Both the position numbers and the translations under genes were made by a program. Below are positions 38,566 through 47,823 of a stretch of DNA of 64,000 bases, in pieces. The notes under the pieces were generated by a model. The model ran no database searches, was not told the DNA's origin, and saw only the letters and a list, made by a program, of their open reading frames with translations. Origin of the DNA: an uncultured Faecalibacterium sp. (GTDB lineage: Bacteria > Bacillota > Clostridia > Oscillospirales > Acutalibacteraceae); NCBI GenBank assembly GCA_964411915.1, contig CAYPMB010000007.1, forward strand, positions 16,531 to 80,530, given 5' to 3'. The first letter of the stretch is position 1. The number at the start of each line of letters is the position of its first letter.

Positions 38566-40244
38566 AATATCAGATCCTTACTGTATTTCTGAGGATGGGA
38601 TTGCTTCTGTTTTTCGGAAGCTTGCATATCAAGTGTTTTTCGATATTCTTCGGCTTCGGCAATCATAGTAAATTTAACCGTCTTATTATGCTCCGATAAA
38701 ACAACATTTTTGATTTCATTTAAATCAATTTTGAAAAATTCCTTTTTATCATTAACCTTATTAACTTGAAAATCTTTGAATTTGTTATGTAACAAAGTTT
38801 CAAGTGCAGGTGCATCCTCCGAAAAAATCATTGCATGAACATCAAACGGAAACGGTACAGAGGCACTGCTTAGTTCTTTGATTCTATCCATCGGTATTAA
38901 TCTTCTTGTCATACCTATTTTATAAATATCCTCACCAAAAGAACCTATATTTGAAATTATATATACGAAACCGGCACGAGTGTTTTGTTCTCGCTGAAAA
39001 ACATTTTCTTTATCTTTTGTGAGTTTGGAAAGTTTTTCTTCCAATTCTTTGATTTTCGCAATATAGAGTTCTTTCTCTGTATCGTTTGTACTTTTACTCA
39101 TGTAAGACATAAGTTTATTTATTTCGTTTTTAAATTGTACTTCTTCTTTTTCAATTCTAAGTTTTTCATACTCTATTTCCCTACGAACTTTTTCTTCTTC
39201 AAGCATTTGTTGCCTGATTTCACGTTGTTCTTCGGCTTCTTGCTGTTTCTTTAATTCATAAGTATAACAAACATTCAATTCTTCAAGTTTGAGCTCAAGA
39301 AGTTCAGCCGGTAAAGAGATCTCATTACACTCATTTAACTTATTAAGACTTTTATGAACTTTAGCAAGTTTTTCGCGTTGTGCATCTATATTTTGAAAAG
39401 TGATATTTGAAATAATACTGCTACATTCTGCGTTGTAACAGCGTATAAGTTCTTTAAGATTATTTATTTTTTTGTGTCGCTCAAGTACCGGTATCCACTG
39501 ATCATCAGGAATACTCTTTGTCATATTACTGTATAATTCTTGCTCTTTTATTTTTATAATTGTAAGTCTGTTTTTACATTCTTCGGAAGTAATGCCTTTG
39601 TATTCGGAATAGTCATATTTATCCATTATCATTTCAGATAAAGCAACAGCAATTTCATCTTTAATCTTTTCAAGGATTTCTTTTTGTGCCGCTAATTCCT
39701 CTTCAAATTTTAATTCAAGTGTGTCTTTTTCACATCTTGCTTTTTGAATTTGATCTTCTAAAATTTGCAAATCGTTTTGTTTTTTTAATAATTCGTTATT
39801 TACATCAATGTCCAATTGAGAAAGTTTTTCGTTACGGAATTTAAGGTATTTTTCGTAATCATCTGCTTTTGATTTTTCGTAATCTTCATGTACTTGTTGC
39901 ATTTTAAGAATATCTTCCTGTTTGGCTTTTTCATAAGCTTCATGTTCATCTTTCATTTTTTGTAGATGCTCATCATATTCTTGCTTCATTTTTTCTTGTT
40001 GCTCTTTATATTCATTTTCTTGTTTTTTTATTGTTGTCAATAACTTTTCCTTAAGCTCATCGATTTCATCAGAAAAAAAGGGGAACTTAATAATATAGAT
40101 TAAAAGAAATATAGCGACAATTTCGCTGATAATGAATAAAACGCTATGTGGTAAAAAAACAAATCCATATATGATTGATATACCTAAAAGTATGCATGCA
40201 ATGATTGCTAAAGTTTTGTACTCCTTTTGTGTAAACTTCCTCAT
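38562..40244 (-). CDS. membrane-anchored coiled-coil DUF4041 / T5orf172 (GIY-YIG-like) domain protein
   Basis: Two N-terminal TM helices and about 300 aa of KE-rich coiled coil. The C-terminus GFVYIISNIGSFGEDIYKIGMTRRLIPMDRIKELSSASVPFPFDVHAMIFSEDAPALETLLH matches the T5orf172/MUG113 pattern. The stop overlaps the MNT start (ATGA). Confidence 0.75.
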   Translation of the reverse strand: MRKFTQKEYKTLAIIACILLGISIIYGFVFLPHSVLFIISEIVAIFLLIYIIKFPFFSDEIDELKEKLLTTIKKQENEYKEQQEKMKQEYDEHLQKMKDEHEAYEKAKQEDILKMQQVHEDYEKSKADDYEKYLKFRNEKLSQLDIDVNNELLKKQNDLQILEDQIQKARCEKDTLELKFEEELAAQKEILEKIKDEIAVALSEMIMDKYDYSEYKGITSEECKNRLTIIKIKEQELYSNMTKSIPDDQWIPVLERHKKINNLKELIRCYNAECSSIISNITFQNIDAQREKLAKVHKSLNKLNECNEISLPAELLELKLEELNVCYTYELKKQQEAEEQREIRQQMLEEEKVRREIEYEKLRIEKEEVQFKNEINKLMSYMSKSTNDTEKELYIAKIKELEEKLSKLTKDKENVFQREQNTRAGFVYIISNIGSFGEDIYKIGMTRRLIPMDRIKELSSASVPFPFDVHAMIFSEDAPALETLLHNKFKDFQVNKVNDKKEFFKIDLNEIKNVVLSEHNKTVKFTMIAEAEEYRKTLDMQASEKQKQSHPQKYSKDLIL

Positions 40245-40259
40245 ATTTTCTGCTCCTTT

Positions 40260-40931
40260 TTAAAACTTAGCCCTAAGTTCAACTACTTTCCCAATCACTT
40301 GCACCGGTAATGAATCGACTTCTTCCGGTGTGAAAAAGAAAGGATCGTATTTCGGATTGGTAGAAATAAGTTTAATACCGTTATCGGTTTTATAGAACTT
40401 TTTAACCGTAGCATCGTTACCGTTGATAAGAACCACCGCAAGTTCTCCGTCATCAACACTTGTCTGCTGTCGAACGATGACAATATCCCCCTCGCTGATT
40501 TTCGGTTCCATACTGTCACCTTTAATTGATAAAGCGAAAAATTCACCTTGACTCGCCATTGCAGAGGAAATTTCTTCCCAATCAAGTATGTTTTCAACAG
40601 CGCTTATAGGCACTCCGGCACGAACATAACCGAGAACTGGTATCTTGATACCTTTGGTGGGAGAATCGGGTTCGTATTTTGAAGAGGGAACATTATAACC
40701 CATAAGCCAAACTTCATTAACATTTAAAGCTAATCCTAATATTGATAATTTATCTTGTCCCGGTTTAACTTTTCCAGAAATATACTGGCTTAAATCATTT
40801 TTTGCTAATTTTACACCATATTTTTCGCAATATGGCTTACAGGCTTCCAAAATATCAATTTGCTTTAAGCCTCTTTCTTTCATTATCTGTTTGAGCCTTT
40901 GTGCAGTTGTCGCTTCTTTCAAAATGTCCAC
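40260..40931 (-). CDS. CI/LexA-like phage repressor (XRE HTH + S24 peptidase)
   Basis: An N-terminal HTH and a C-terminal S24 domain with GDSMEP and an ...K motif; 223 aa. Confidence 0.85.
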   Translation of the reverse strand: MDILKEATTAQRLKQIMKERGLKQIDILEACKPYCEKYGVKLAKNDLSQYISGKVKPGQDKLSILGLALNVNEVWLMGYNVPSSKYEPDSPTKGIKIPVLGYVRAGVPISAVENILDWEEISSAMASQGEFFALSIKGDSMEPKISEGDIVIVRQQTSVDDGELAVVLINGNDATVKKFYKTDNGIKLISTNPKYDPFFFTPEEVDSLPVQVIGKVVELRAKF

Positions 40932-40952
40932 TTCCTTATTTCAGTTTACTAT

Positions 40953-41073
40953 ATAATATACTAAATTGAAGAAAAGTTCAAGAGTATAGTGAATTTTTGT
41001 TCAATCTTTTTGAAATAACTGTTGACAAAGTTGAAAATTCACTGTAAAATAAAAATGTTCAAGAGAGTTGAAC
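40953..41073. promoter_or_regulatory. divergent lysogeny/lytic switch region with TTCAA/TTGAA operator palindromes
   Basis: Operator candidates: TTGAA-N6-TTCAA (40966-40981), TTCAA-N5-TTGAA (41000-41014) and GTTCAA-N5-TTGAAC (41057-41073). The rightward promoter is TTGACA 41022-41027 / TAAAAT 41045-41050. The leftward candidate is TTGAAC / TATTAT on the minus strand. Confidence 0.5.
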
Positions 41074-41100
41074 AACAAAACAAGAAAGAGAGGCAACAAT

Positions 41101-41319
41101 ATGTCTTATGATTACTCAAAATTGCAGGGGCGCATAGTTGAAAAATGCGGAACACAATCAGCATTTGCTAAAAGAATGGGGCTTTCTGAAAGGAGTATTT
41201 CTTTAAAGTTAAACAACAAGTTGTTTTGGAAACAACCTGAAATGCAGAGGGCTGCCAATGTGTTGGAATTTCCTGAATCAGAAATTCAATCATATTTTTT
41301 TGCAATAAAAGTTCAATAA
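41101..41319 (+). CDS. Cro-like XRE-family HTH protein
   Basis: 72 aa from ATG 41101 with SAFAKRMGLSERSISLKLN as the HTH. It is divergent from the repressor. Confidence 0.7.
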   Translation: MSYDYSKLQGRIVEKCGTQSAFAKRMGLSERSISLKLNNKLFWKQPEMQRAANVLEFPESEIQSYFFAIKVQ

Positions 41320-41437
41320 ACTTGAACTCAATACCCACCGCCTAATTCTGATAAATGAAACTTGATATAGAAAGGCTCCCCACATAACACAAACTAAAAA
41401 AAACAATAAACTATTAAACGCAAGAAAGGAGAACGCC

Positions 41438-41632
41438 ATGAAAGAACAACTCTCAAAAGTCAAAATCGTACATAATAACGGGATATGTCATCTTTATATT
41501 AACGGTGTTGACATTGCCTCGAAGACTTGCTCGTACGCAATAAAAGCAAGTGTAAATGAGCCGGTTACGCTTTCACTTGAATTATTGCCCGGTGAGTTGG
41601 ATATCGAGTGCGATGCTGCCGTAGAGACATGA
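41438..41632 (+). CDS. hypothetical phage early protein
   Basis: ORF with a GGAGAA RBS in a same-strand early gene array. Confidence 0.45.
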   Translation: MKEQLSKVKIVHNNGICHLYINGVDIASKTCSYAIKASVNEPVTLSLELLPGELDIECDAAVET

Positions 41633-41709
41633 TAACAAAGAATAGGACTTCGATAGTCCCATTCATAAGTCAAGCTGTAAAGCAAATAAAAATTAAATGA
41701 GGTGATTTT

Positions 41710-41919
41710 ATGAGAAAAAGTCAACCATTAGGCTTTGAATGCCGTGTGTTGCAAGAAGATGGAAGTAGCGTATTGCTTTCGGATTTAAGTCCGGAGGAAT
41801 TGAAGGAACTTGAAAAAAATCTTGTTCGCAGATTAGAAAGTTGGGCAGCTGTATATTTTTCCGCCCATCCGGAAGAGTTTGAATTGATTCCCGATCGCAA
41901 GACACACTTGAATAATTAA
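41710..41919 (+). CDS. hypothetical phage early protein
   Basis: ORF with a GAGGTG RBS. Confidence 0.45.
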   Translation: MRKSQPLGFECRVLQEDGSSVLLSDLSPEELKELEKNLVRRLESWAAVYFSAHPEEFELIPDRKTHLNN

Positions 41920-41938
41920 AAAGAAAGGAGGTGTTTAT

Positions 41939-42205
41939 ATGACGGACAAGCAGGAGTGGCTCGAAAATGAATTGATTGAAACTCGAATAAGTATTGATTT
42001 TTATATCCGTAAACTGGAACTTTATGAAACAAGAAATGTCGAGTTCAAATCCGAAAAGATACATACAGCTTCAAAAATTCTCAATGAGTGTTATGCATAC
42101 ATGAGAAAACTTGAAAATCAACTTTTGGAATTAAATGAAAAAAGGACCGCAGGTGCGGCAACACCAACGATCCGGGAACAAAAAAATTCCATACTCAGTA
42201 TATAA
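41939..42205 (+). CDS. hypothetical coiled-coil phage protein
   Basis: ORF with an AGGAGG RBS. Confidence 0.45.
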   Translation: MTDKQEWLENELIETRISIDFYIRKLELYETRNVEFKSEKIHTASKILNECYAYMRKLENQLLELNEKRTAGAATPTIREQKNSILSI

Positions 42206-42244
42206 CATTGAAAAGATAAAGTCAAGGAAAAGGAGATATTTGCA

Positions 42245-42571
42245 ATGAAAAAGAATATAACCAAAATCGGAATAGGCATAGCGTTTTTCGCAACGATTGT
42301 TTTGTATATCGGCTCTTTCGGATCCTATGAACAAGAGATAATTGACGGTAAGCAACTGTTTTGGCAGCTGGCCCTTGCCGTTACATTAACAATAGCTTTA
42401 ATAATGGTGGAGATGTATCGGGAACTTCACGAAGATTATATAGAATTATCTGATGAAGTGACTTGCATGACCGATTGCAATTGCCATTTTTTGGCAGATG
42501 ATGCAGAAGAGGCTTATATACCTTATGAAGAGTTCAGTTTCACTGAAATGCCGGAAGAGGAGGCGGTTTGA
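42245..42571 (+). CDS. hypothetical two-TM membrane protein
   Basis: ORF with an AGGAGA RBS and two hydrophobic helices. Confidence 0.5.
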   Translation: MKKNITKIGIGIAFFATIVLYIGSFGSYEQEIIDGKQLFWQLALAVTLTIALIMVEMYRELHEDYIELSDEVTCMTDCNCHFLADDAEEAYIPYEEFSFTEMPEEEAV

Positions 42572-42572
42572 T

Positions 42573-42884
42573 ATGTTTGAAATAGTGAGAAGAAGTTGTA
42601 AAGTCCTTCCCAAGGTGAAAATATCCGATGAGTTTAAACAGAGTAACCCCCTACCGCAAAAGCTCATCAAGAAAACGGCAAGTTTCATTGCCGGGGAGAA
42701 ACTTTCTCCAATTTATATCGACCGTGATTATAACTTAATTGACGGATATTGCACATATCTGATCGCAACCACTCTCGGAATAAACAAGGTGAAAATATTG
42801 CAAATTCGTGAAAAGAGAATTGCTGAAGAATTTTGCAGAGGGGAGTGTGACTTCGTTGACAGAACTCATGCAAAATGCCGTTAA
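42573..42884 (+). CDS. hypothetical protein, weak ParB-N/Srx-like resemblance
   Basis: The ATG at 42573 lies 1 nt after the previous stop and follows GAGGAGG. The LIDGYCTYLIA segment recalls the ParB DGxHR region but lacks HR. Confidence 0.45.
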   Translation: MFEIVRRSCKVLPKVKISDEFKQSNPLPQKLIKKTASFIAGEKLSPIYIDRDYNLIDGYCTYLIATTLGINKVKILQIREKRIAEEFCRGECDFVDRTHAKCR

Positions 42885-43191
42885 CCATATCGACAAACAA
42901 AGTGAAGGGCAAGACGAGGCTCTTAAGTTGATCGGTCAATACATAATCGAGGAACTCATCAAGAATGATATTGTGGCTGAGAAGATATTAAAAGCCGATT
43001 TGAAATTAGATAAGTGCTATGGAAAAATCAAAGAAAACGCACGAAAAAAGGCGGTAAACGGCTGTGCGTGTGTGAGTCATACCACGGTGTATGCTTGGGT
43101 TCGTGAATACTATGGAATAGAAAAAGAGGATCTTAATGAGATGAAGTCATCTTCAAATATCCTTGATTTTAATGTGTTTGCAGATTTGTGA
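42808..43191 (+). CDS. PcfK-like protein (start uncertain)
   Basis: The C-terminal KCYGKIKENARKKAVNGCACVSHTTVYAWVREYYG resembles the PcfK family as I remember it. It sits directly upstream of a PcfJ-like gene. Confidence 0.4.
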   Translation: MKRELLKNFAEGSVTSLTELMQNAVNHIDKQSEGQDEALKLIGQYIIEELIKNDIVAEKILKADLKLDKCYGKIKENARKKAVNGCACVSHTTVYAWVREYYGIEKEDLNEMKSSSNILDFNVFADL

Positions 43192-43199
43192 GGTGCAAT

Positions 43200-44906
43200 A
43201 TGGCAGCGAAAAATGCAAAAGCAACTGACGATCAAATAATGAATAAACTCTTTAAATCGCTTCCACCAATACCAAAAAAGTTTAAAAAGCAAATATGCCA
43301 AAGAGAACTTATAAACACTGCATATCTTTTTACTTTCCGTTCAAGTGGAGAGCGTAAAGGCTACTGCACCGAGTGCAAAAAGATTGTATCTCTTGAAAAG
43401 AAGAGAACGGAAACTATGGAAGATTTTGAAAATAGAAATCATCGGCATAATGAACGAGGGTATTGCCCGGAATGTAAATCTAAAGTGACATTCAAAGACT
43501 CCGGTAGGGGGAAAAATAAGCTTTGGGATTACGGCAAAGTGATAATAATGCAAAAGGCCGGCAACATGCTTGTTGCCAGATATTTTGATGTCACGAGAAG
43601 TTATCGGCATTTCAGCCTTGATCATATTGATGATAACCATGATGTTGGAGAACTTCAGTTCCATGAGGAACACAGAATTTTCCTTGATGCAAAAAATCGG
43701 AAAGTATATCAGTTTGATCAAAATTGGTATTTTTACGGAAATAGCAATACCGCTAAGTATTATGGCTATGAAGTAGGAGATGCGGAGTTATCGAGAATAT
43801 GGCATAAGAGAAAATCAGCATTCAAAACTGTTTATTCTGAATATGAAACATCGACGCTTTACGGATTAACGGATAAGCTGTTGAAGAATACCGGATTTGA
43901 ATATTGTCCGATCACAATTTATGACTCAAACAAACTTCACAAAAATTATGTTGCCTTCTTGATTAAATATGCCATGTATCCCCAAGCTGTTGAATATATG
44001 ATGAAGTGTGGGTTTCCCGAACTCTTCGCAAATTTATTAAGTCATAACCGAGTGAGTCTAATTAATGTAAGAGCAAAAACGCCTGAAAAACTCTTAAAAT
44101 TGTCAAAACAGGATATAACAATGCTGAGACAGGGAAAATATGGTGATAAAAGCAGTTCTGAAATACTTGGATATTTGCAAAAACTTTCAAAACATAACCT
44201 AAGTTGTGAGGAGAAAGAATACTTTATTCGGAATGTTGCTCAGTACCGATATGACCGAAGCTGGTCAAAAATTTTGAAATATACAACATTCCGCAAGGCA
44301 GAAAATTACACTAAAAAGCATGCTAAAGGTGCTTTGTTGCCTTTAGAGGAATATAGCGATTATATCGTGGCATGCGAAACACTTGGTTGGAATCTTTGCG
44401 AGCATAGAATTTTGTTTCCTCGTGATCTCTTTGAAGCTCACGACAGAGCAAATGCCATTCTTAAAGCTGAAGAAGGGAGACTTCGAGCCGAAGCCCGGGA
44501 AAATTCACGAAAAAAGCGCATATTAGAAGAAAAAAGTATTGATGAAAAAATCCAAAAAAGGTTTTCTTATCTTTCGGAAATGTGGGAGTTCCATTCAAGC
44601 GGATATTTTATAAGGCCTGCCAAAAACCTTGAAGAAATAATATTAGAGGGAGATTATCAAAACATTTGTGTTGGCAAGTCGTTTTATGGATATACTGAAC
44701 GCCACGCAAACGGCACAGCTTATATTTTCTTCGTCAGAAAGGAATCTGAACCCGATACTCCGTTTTACACAGTTGAGATAACAGCAAGCGGAACGGTTGT
44801 GCAGTGCAGAGGATATAGCAACAGACCGCCCACATCAGATGTGTCTGAATTTATGAATAAGTTTAAATCATATATAGAAAACAAGTCTCTTAAAATGACA
44901 GCCTAA
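43200..44906 (+). CDS. PcfJ-like protein with N-terminal zinc-ribbon pairs
   Basis: CTECKK...CPECKS near the N-terminus. The C-terminal FYTVEITASGTVVQCRGYSNRPP pattern resembles the PcfJ family from memory. The ATG at 43200 follows GAGGTG. Confidence 0.5.
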   Translation: MAAKNAKATDDQIMNKLFKSLPPIPKKFKKQICQRELINTAYLFTFRSSGERKGYCTECKKIVSLEKKRTETMEDFENRNHRHNERGYCPECKSKVTFKDSGRGKNKLWDYGKVIIMQKAGNMLVARYFDVTRSYRHFSLDHIDDNHDVGELQFHEEHRIFLDAKNRKVYQFDQNWYFYGNSNTAKYYGYEVGDAELSRIWHKRKSAFKTVYSEYETSTLYGLTDKLLKNTGFEYCPITIYDSNKLHKNYVAFLIKYAMYPQAVEYMMKCGFPELFANLLSHNRVSLINVRAKTPEKLLKLSKQDITMLRQGKYGDKSSSEILGYLQKLSKHNLSCEEKEYFIRNVAQYRYDRSWSKILKYTTFRKAENYTKKHAKGALLPLEEYSDYIVACETLGWNLCEHRILFPRDLFEAHDRANAILKAEEGRLRAEARENSRKKRILEEKSIDEKIQKRFSYLSEMWEFHSSGYFIRPAKNLEEIILEGDYQNICVGKSFYGYTERHANGTAYIFFVRKESEPDTPFYTVEITASGTVVQCRGYSNRPPTSDVSEFMNKFKSYIENKSLKMTA

Positions 44907-44918
44907 GGAGGATAAATA

Positions 44919-45926
44919 ATGAGTGATATTATTTCAGCGCCGGACTTGAAAATGACAAGAACAGATGAAGCAAAAGTTTTGCATTTTGAAATTCTCAAGA
45001 ATGGTGAAGATGCGGCAAAAGCAATGGTTAGTTTTGCCAAAAACTTGAAAACAATGCGTGATAAAAAACTTTATGCAGAACTTGGATATGAGAGCTTTGA
45101 GGGGTATACGGTTAAGGCTGTGGGATTGAAAAAAAGTCAAGCTTATGATTATATATCGGCTCTTGAGCGTTTGGGTGAAAATGAACTTGAGTCAACAGCT
45201 TCAATCGGTATCGGAATAACGAAAATAAAGCTGTTATCGGCATTTAATCCCATGGAAAGAGCAGAGTTTATTGAAAATAATGATGTGGTCGAAATGTCCG
45301 CGAGAGAACTTAAAGAAAAGATTTCCCAACTTACCAAACAAGGGGAACAACTTTCCTTTGATCTTGAAACCGAAAGAGACAAAGTTAACAGCAATGAGGC
45401 TGAAATTGAACGACTTGAGAAAGAAAAGTCTGAATTAAAGAAAAAACTCCATGAGCTTGAAAATCGACCTCATGACGTCGCTGTGCGTGAACTTACCGAT
45501 GAGGAAAAGGATGAAATTATAAAGTCAGCTGTTCAAAAAGAAAGTGAGCATCTCAACGAAAAGATTAAGAAACTTACCCTTGAAATGCAAAATGATAAAA
45601 GCCGCCACAAGGCTGAGAGCGACAGACTTAAAGCTGAAAATAAAAAGGCAGCAGAAAACGCAGTTGAGGAATATAAAAAGCAAAATGCTGAATTAGTGTC
45701 CGAAATCGAGGAGATAAAGAGGCGTTCACAGCAACTTGAAACCCAAATCAAGGCAAATTCATCACCGGAAATAACTCGTTTTAGTTTTTTATTTGAAGAA
45801 ATGAGAGAAACCACAGTCAAACTTTTGGAGGCTTTGGAGATGATTTCCGATGAAACAGTAAAAGCAAAACTGAAAGCAAACTTATTAACATACGCAGATG
45901 CAGTAAAAACTTCTGTCATTCAATAA
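44919..45926 (+). CDS. coiled-coil protein with N-terminal DNA-binding-like domain
   Basis: AAGGAGG RBS, 335 aa, with a long KE-rich coiled coil. Confidence 0.5.
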   Translation: MSDIISAPDLKMTRTDEAKVLHFEILKNGEDAAKAMVSFAKNLKTMRDKKLYAELGYESFEGYTVKAVGLKKSQAYDYISALERLGENELESTASIGIGITKIKLLSAFNPMERAEFIENNDVVEMSARELKEKISQLTKQGEQLSFDLETERDKVNSNEAEIERLEKEKSELKKKLHELENRPHDVAVRELTDEEKDEIIKSAVQKESEHLNEKIKKLTLEMQNDKSRHKAESDRLKAENKKAAENAVEEYKKQNAELVSEIEEIKRRSQQLETQIKANSSPEITRFSFLFEEMRETTVKLLEALEMISDETVKAKLKANLLTYADAVKTSVIQ

Positions 45927-46146
45927 AAAAATAGCCGGCAGGGTTCAACTGCCGGCTATGAAAAAAGGTGAAAACACCCTTTAAAACCACAAAAATATTA
46001 TACACTGTTTTTGCCTTTTTGTCAATTTAATAATTTGTTTATTCGCCTCGTTTTATGAGGCTTAAAGGCTGGATATAGGTATTAACTAAGTGAAAAACTA
46101 ACTGAGAAAAAGCCAATAAGCAAAACGGAAAAATGAAAAGAAAGGT

Positions 46147-46887
46147 GTGAAAGAAACGGTGCCTTATGTGAAGCAAACAATATATGCCGGAAAGACGGTG
46201 GAAGTGCATAAGTATTTTTCTTCAAGATATGGTGTAAGAACTTCTCCCAATAGGCAACCGCATCAGCAACCGACTCCGGAAGAAGTTGCAGAGGTAAACA
46301 AGCAACAGGCAATCAAGAAACTTCGAGGACTTCTCAATGCTAATTTTCAGGGCGGTGACATTCATGCTGTGTTTACATATAAGAGAGAAAACAGACCTGC
46401 AAGTGCTGAGGAAGCTAAGAAAATTCTTAAAAAGCTGATGCGTGAATTGAAGAAGCAATATAAACAAGCCGAAATAGAGTTCAAATATATATGCGTAACT
46501 GAGTATGAGAATGCAGCTATTCACCACCACATAGTTTTGAAAAAAATTGATGTGGACATGCTTAGGAAGTCTTGGGCAATGGGCAAAGTGATGATTACAG
46601 TTCTTGATGACACAGGACAATATGGCAAGCTTGCAGAATATCTGATCAAGGAAACCGATAAGACAGCCCAAAAAGGCGGACTTTATCGCAAACGCTGGAA
46701 TGCAAGTCAAAACTTAATAAAACCTGTAATTGTCAGAGAGGTAATCGAAGCTAAAAAGTGGAGGAATGAGCCAAAAATTCCGAAGGGTTACTATCTTTGG
46801 AAAGATGATAAGAAAGATATAAATTCAGTGGACAGCTATTCACAGCTTCCAAAACAAGATTATATTTTAGTGAGGTTGAATATATGA
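46147..46887 (+). CDS. HUH-superfamily rolling-circle replication initiator-like protein
   Basis: Motif I HAVFTYK, motif II AIHHHIVL, motif III AEYLIKE. GTG start. Confidence 0.6.
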   Translation: MKETVPYVKQTIYAGKTVEVHKYFSSRYGVRTSPNRQPHQQPTPEEVAEVNKQQAIKKLRGLLNANFQGGDIHAVFTYKRENRPASAEEAKKILKKLMRELKKQYKQAEIEFKYICVTEYENAAIHHHIVLKKIDVDMLRKSWAMGKVMITVLDDTGQYGKLAEYLIKETDKTAQKGGLYRKRWNASQNLIKPVIVREVIEAKKWRNEPKIPKGYYLWKDDKKDINSVDSYSQLPKQDYILVRLNI

Positions 46888-47564
46888 AAAAATACATTTT
46901 TGAAAACAATGACATTACTTTTTGGTATGCAGAGGACGGTTTATACCATGTGACAACTCAAGACAGTGACGAAGTTTTCCACCATTTTTCACAAGCTGTT
47001 GCTGAATATTATACCCTTGTGATGAACTCCGTTTTAGCTGTGGGGTACAAAGACAGTTTCTTCTTGGAGGAAAGCCATAACATTAAAGCCGATCTTCTTC
47101 ATATGCCTACTTTGGAGATGAAAAAATATGAAAAAGATTTTTCTGAAATCAAAAAGCAAGCATACAAAAAAGGGGAATTGCCTCCAATGTTTAATAAGTA
47201 TTATGAAATCAATGCATTTAACTCAATGCAACTTGAATATAAACTTTATGCAGAGGGCTTGCATACCAAAGAAGATGCAGAGAAAAACACAAAGATTTTT
47301 TTCAATGCTTATGTGAACGACAGAAAAATGGCGGAGAGCGTTAAAAACGAATATTTACTTCAGCAAGAGAGAATAAAAGCTGCAGAGGAAAAACTTACGC
47401 AAATAGTTAAAACATCTAATGAATTGACTTCTCAGCTGACGAAAGAGGACTTTTACGGCCTTTTGGACACTCTTCTTGATGTGGTGTCAGCCTTGACAGG
47501 GGAAAAAGTAACGGCAAATATAATAAAGATGAACATATTTAAAGCAGAGGGAAAAGGAGCGTAA
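46884..47564 (+). CDS. hypothetical phage protein
   Basis: Translationally coupled (ATGA overlap) to the Rep-like gene. Confidence 0.5.
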   Translation: MKKYIFENNDITFWYAEDGLYHVTTQDSDEVFHHFSQAVAEYYTLVMNSVLAVGYKDSFFLEESHNIKADLLHMPTLEMKKYEKDFSEIKKQAYKKGELPPMFNKYYEINAFNSMQLEYKLYAEGLHTKEDAEKNTKIFFNAYVNDRKMAESVKNEYLLQQERIKAAEEKLTQIVKTSNELTSQLTKEDFYGLLDTLLDVVSALTGEKVTANIIKMNIFKAEGKGA

Positions 47565-47568
47565 AAAG

Positions 47569-47823
47569 ATGAAGTTTCCAAGACCGAGATTAGATCCGGA
47601 AGAATTTGTGTTTAAGATCAGAGAAATGAATGTGCATAAGTATCAGATAACGAGAATTGAAATATACCCCGAAGAGACAATTTATACAGCCGTGGACATT
47701 CTTGAACCGTGCACTATCCGTTTTTATGAAAATGAAATAGGAGAATATGTTTTTCTTACTCAGAGAGAAGCTGAAAAACTAAATGAAAAGATGAAAGAGT
47801 GGGATAAATATGCTGAAAAATAA
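47569..47823 (+). CDS. hypothetical phage protein
   Basis: ORF with a GGAGCG RBS in a tightly packed array. Confidence 0.45.
   Translation: MKFPRPRLDPEEFVFKIREMNVHKYQITRIEIYPEETIYTAVDILEPCTIRFYENEIGEYVFLTQREAEKLNEKMKEWDKYAEK

Noticed and set aside
45931-45959. Hairpin ATAGCCGGCAG...CTGCCGGCTAT as terminator of the 44919-45926 gene.
   Set aside because: The T-tract is on the minus-strand side only, and A-runs flank it on the plus strand. It cannot be called a canonical plus-strand intrinsic terminator and may block antisense transcription instead.
46222-46710. 162-aa minus-strand ORF opposite the Rep-like gene.
   Set aside because: It is antisense to a gene with ordered HUH motifs and is a hydrophobic low-complexity shadow frame.
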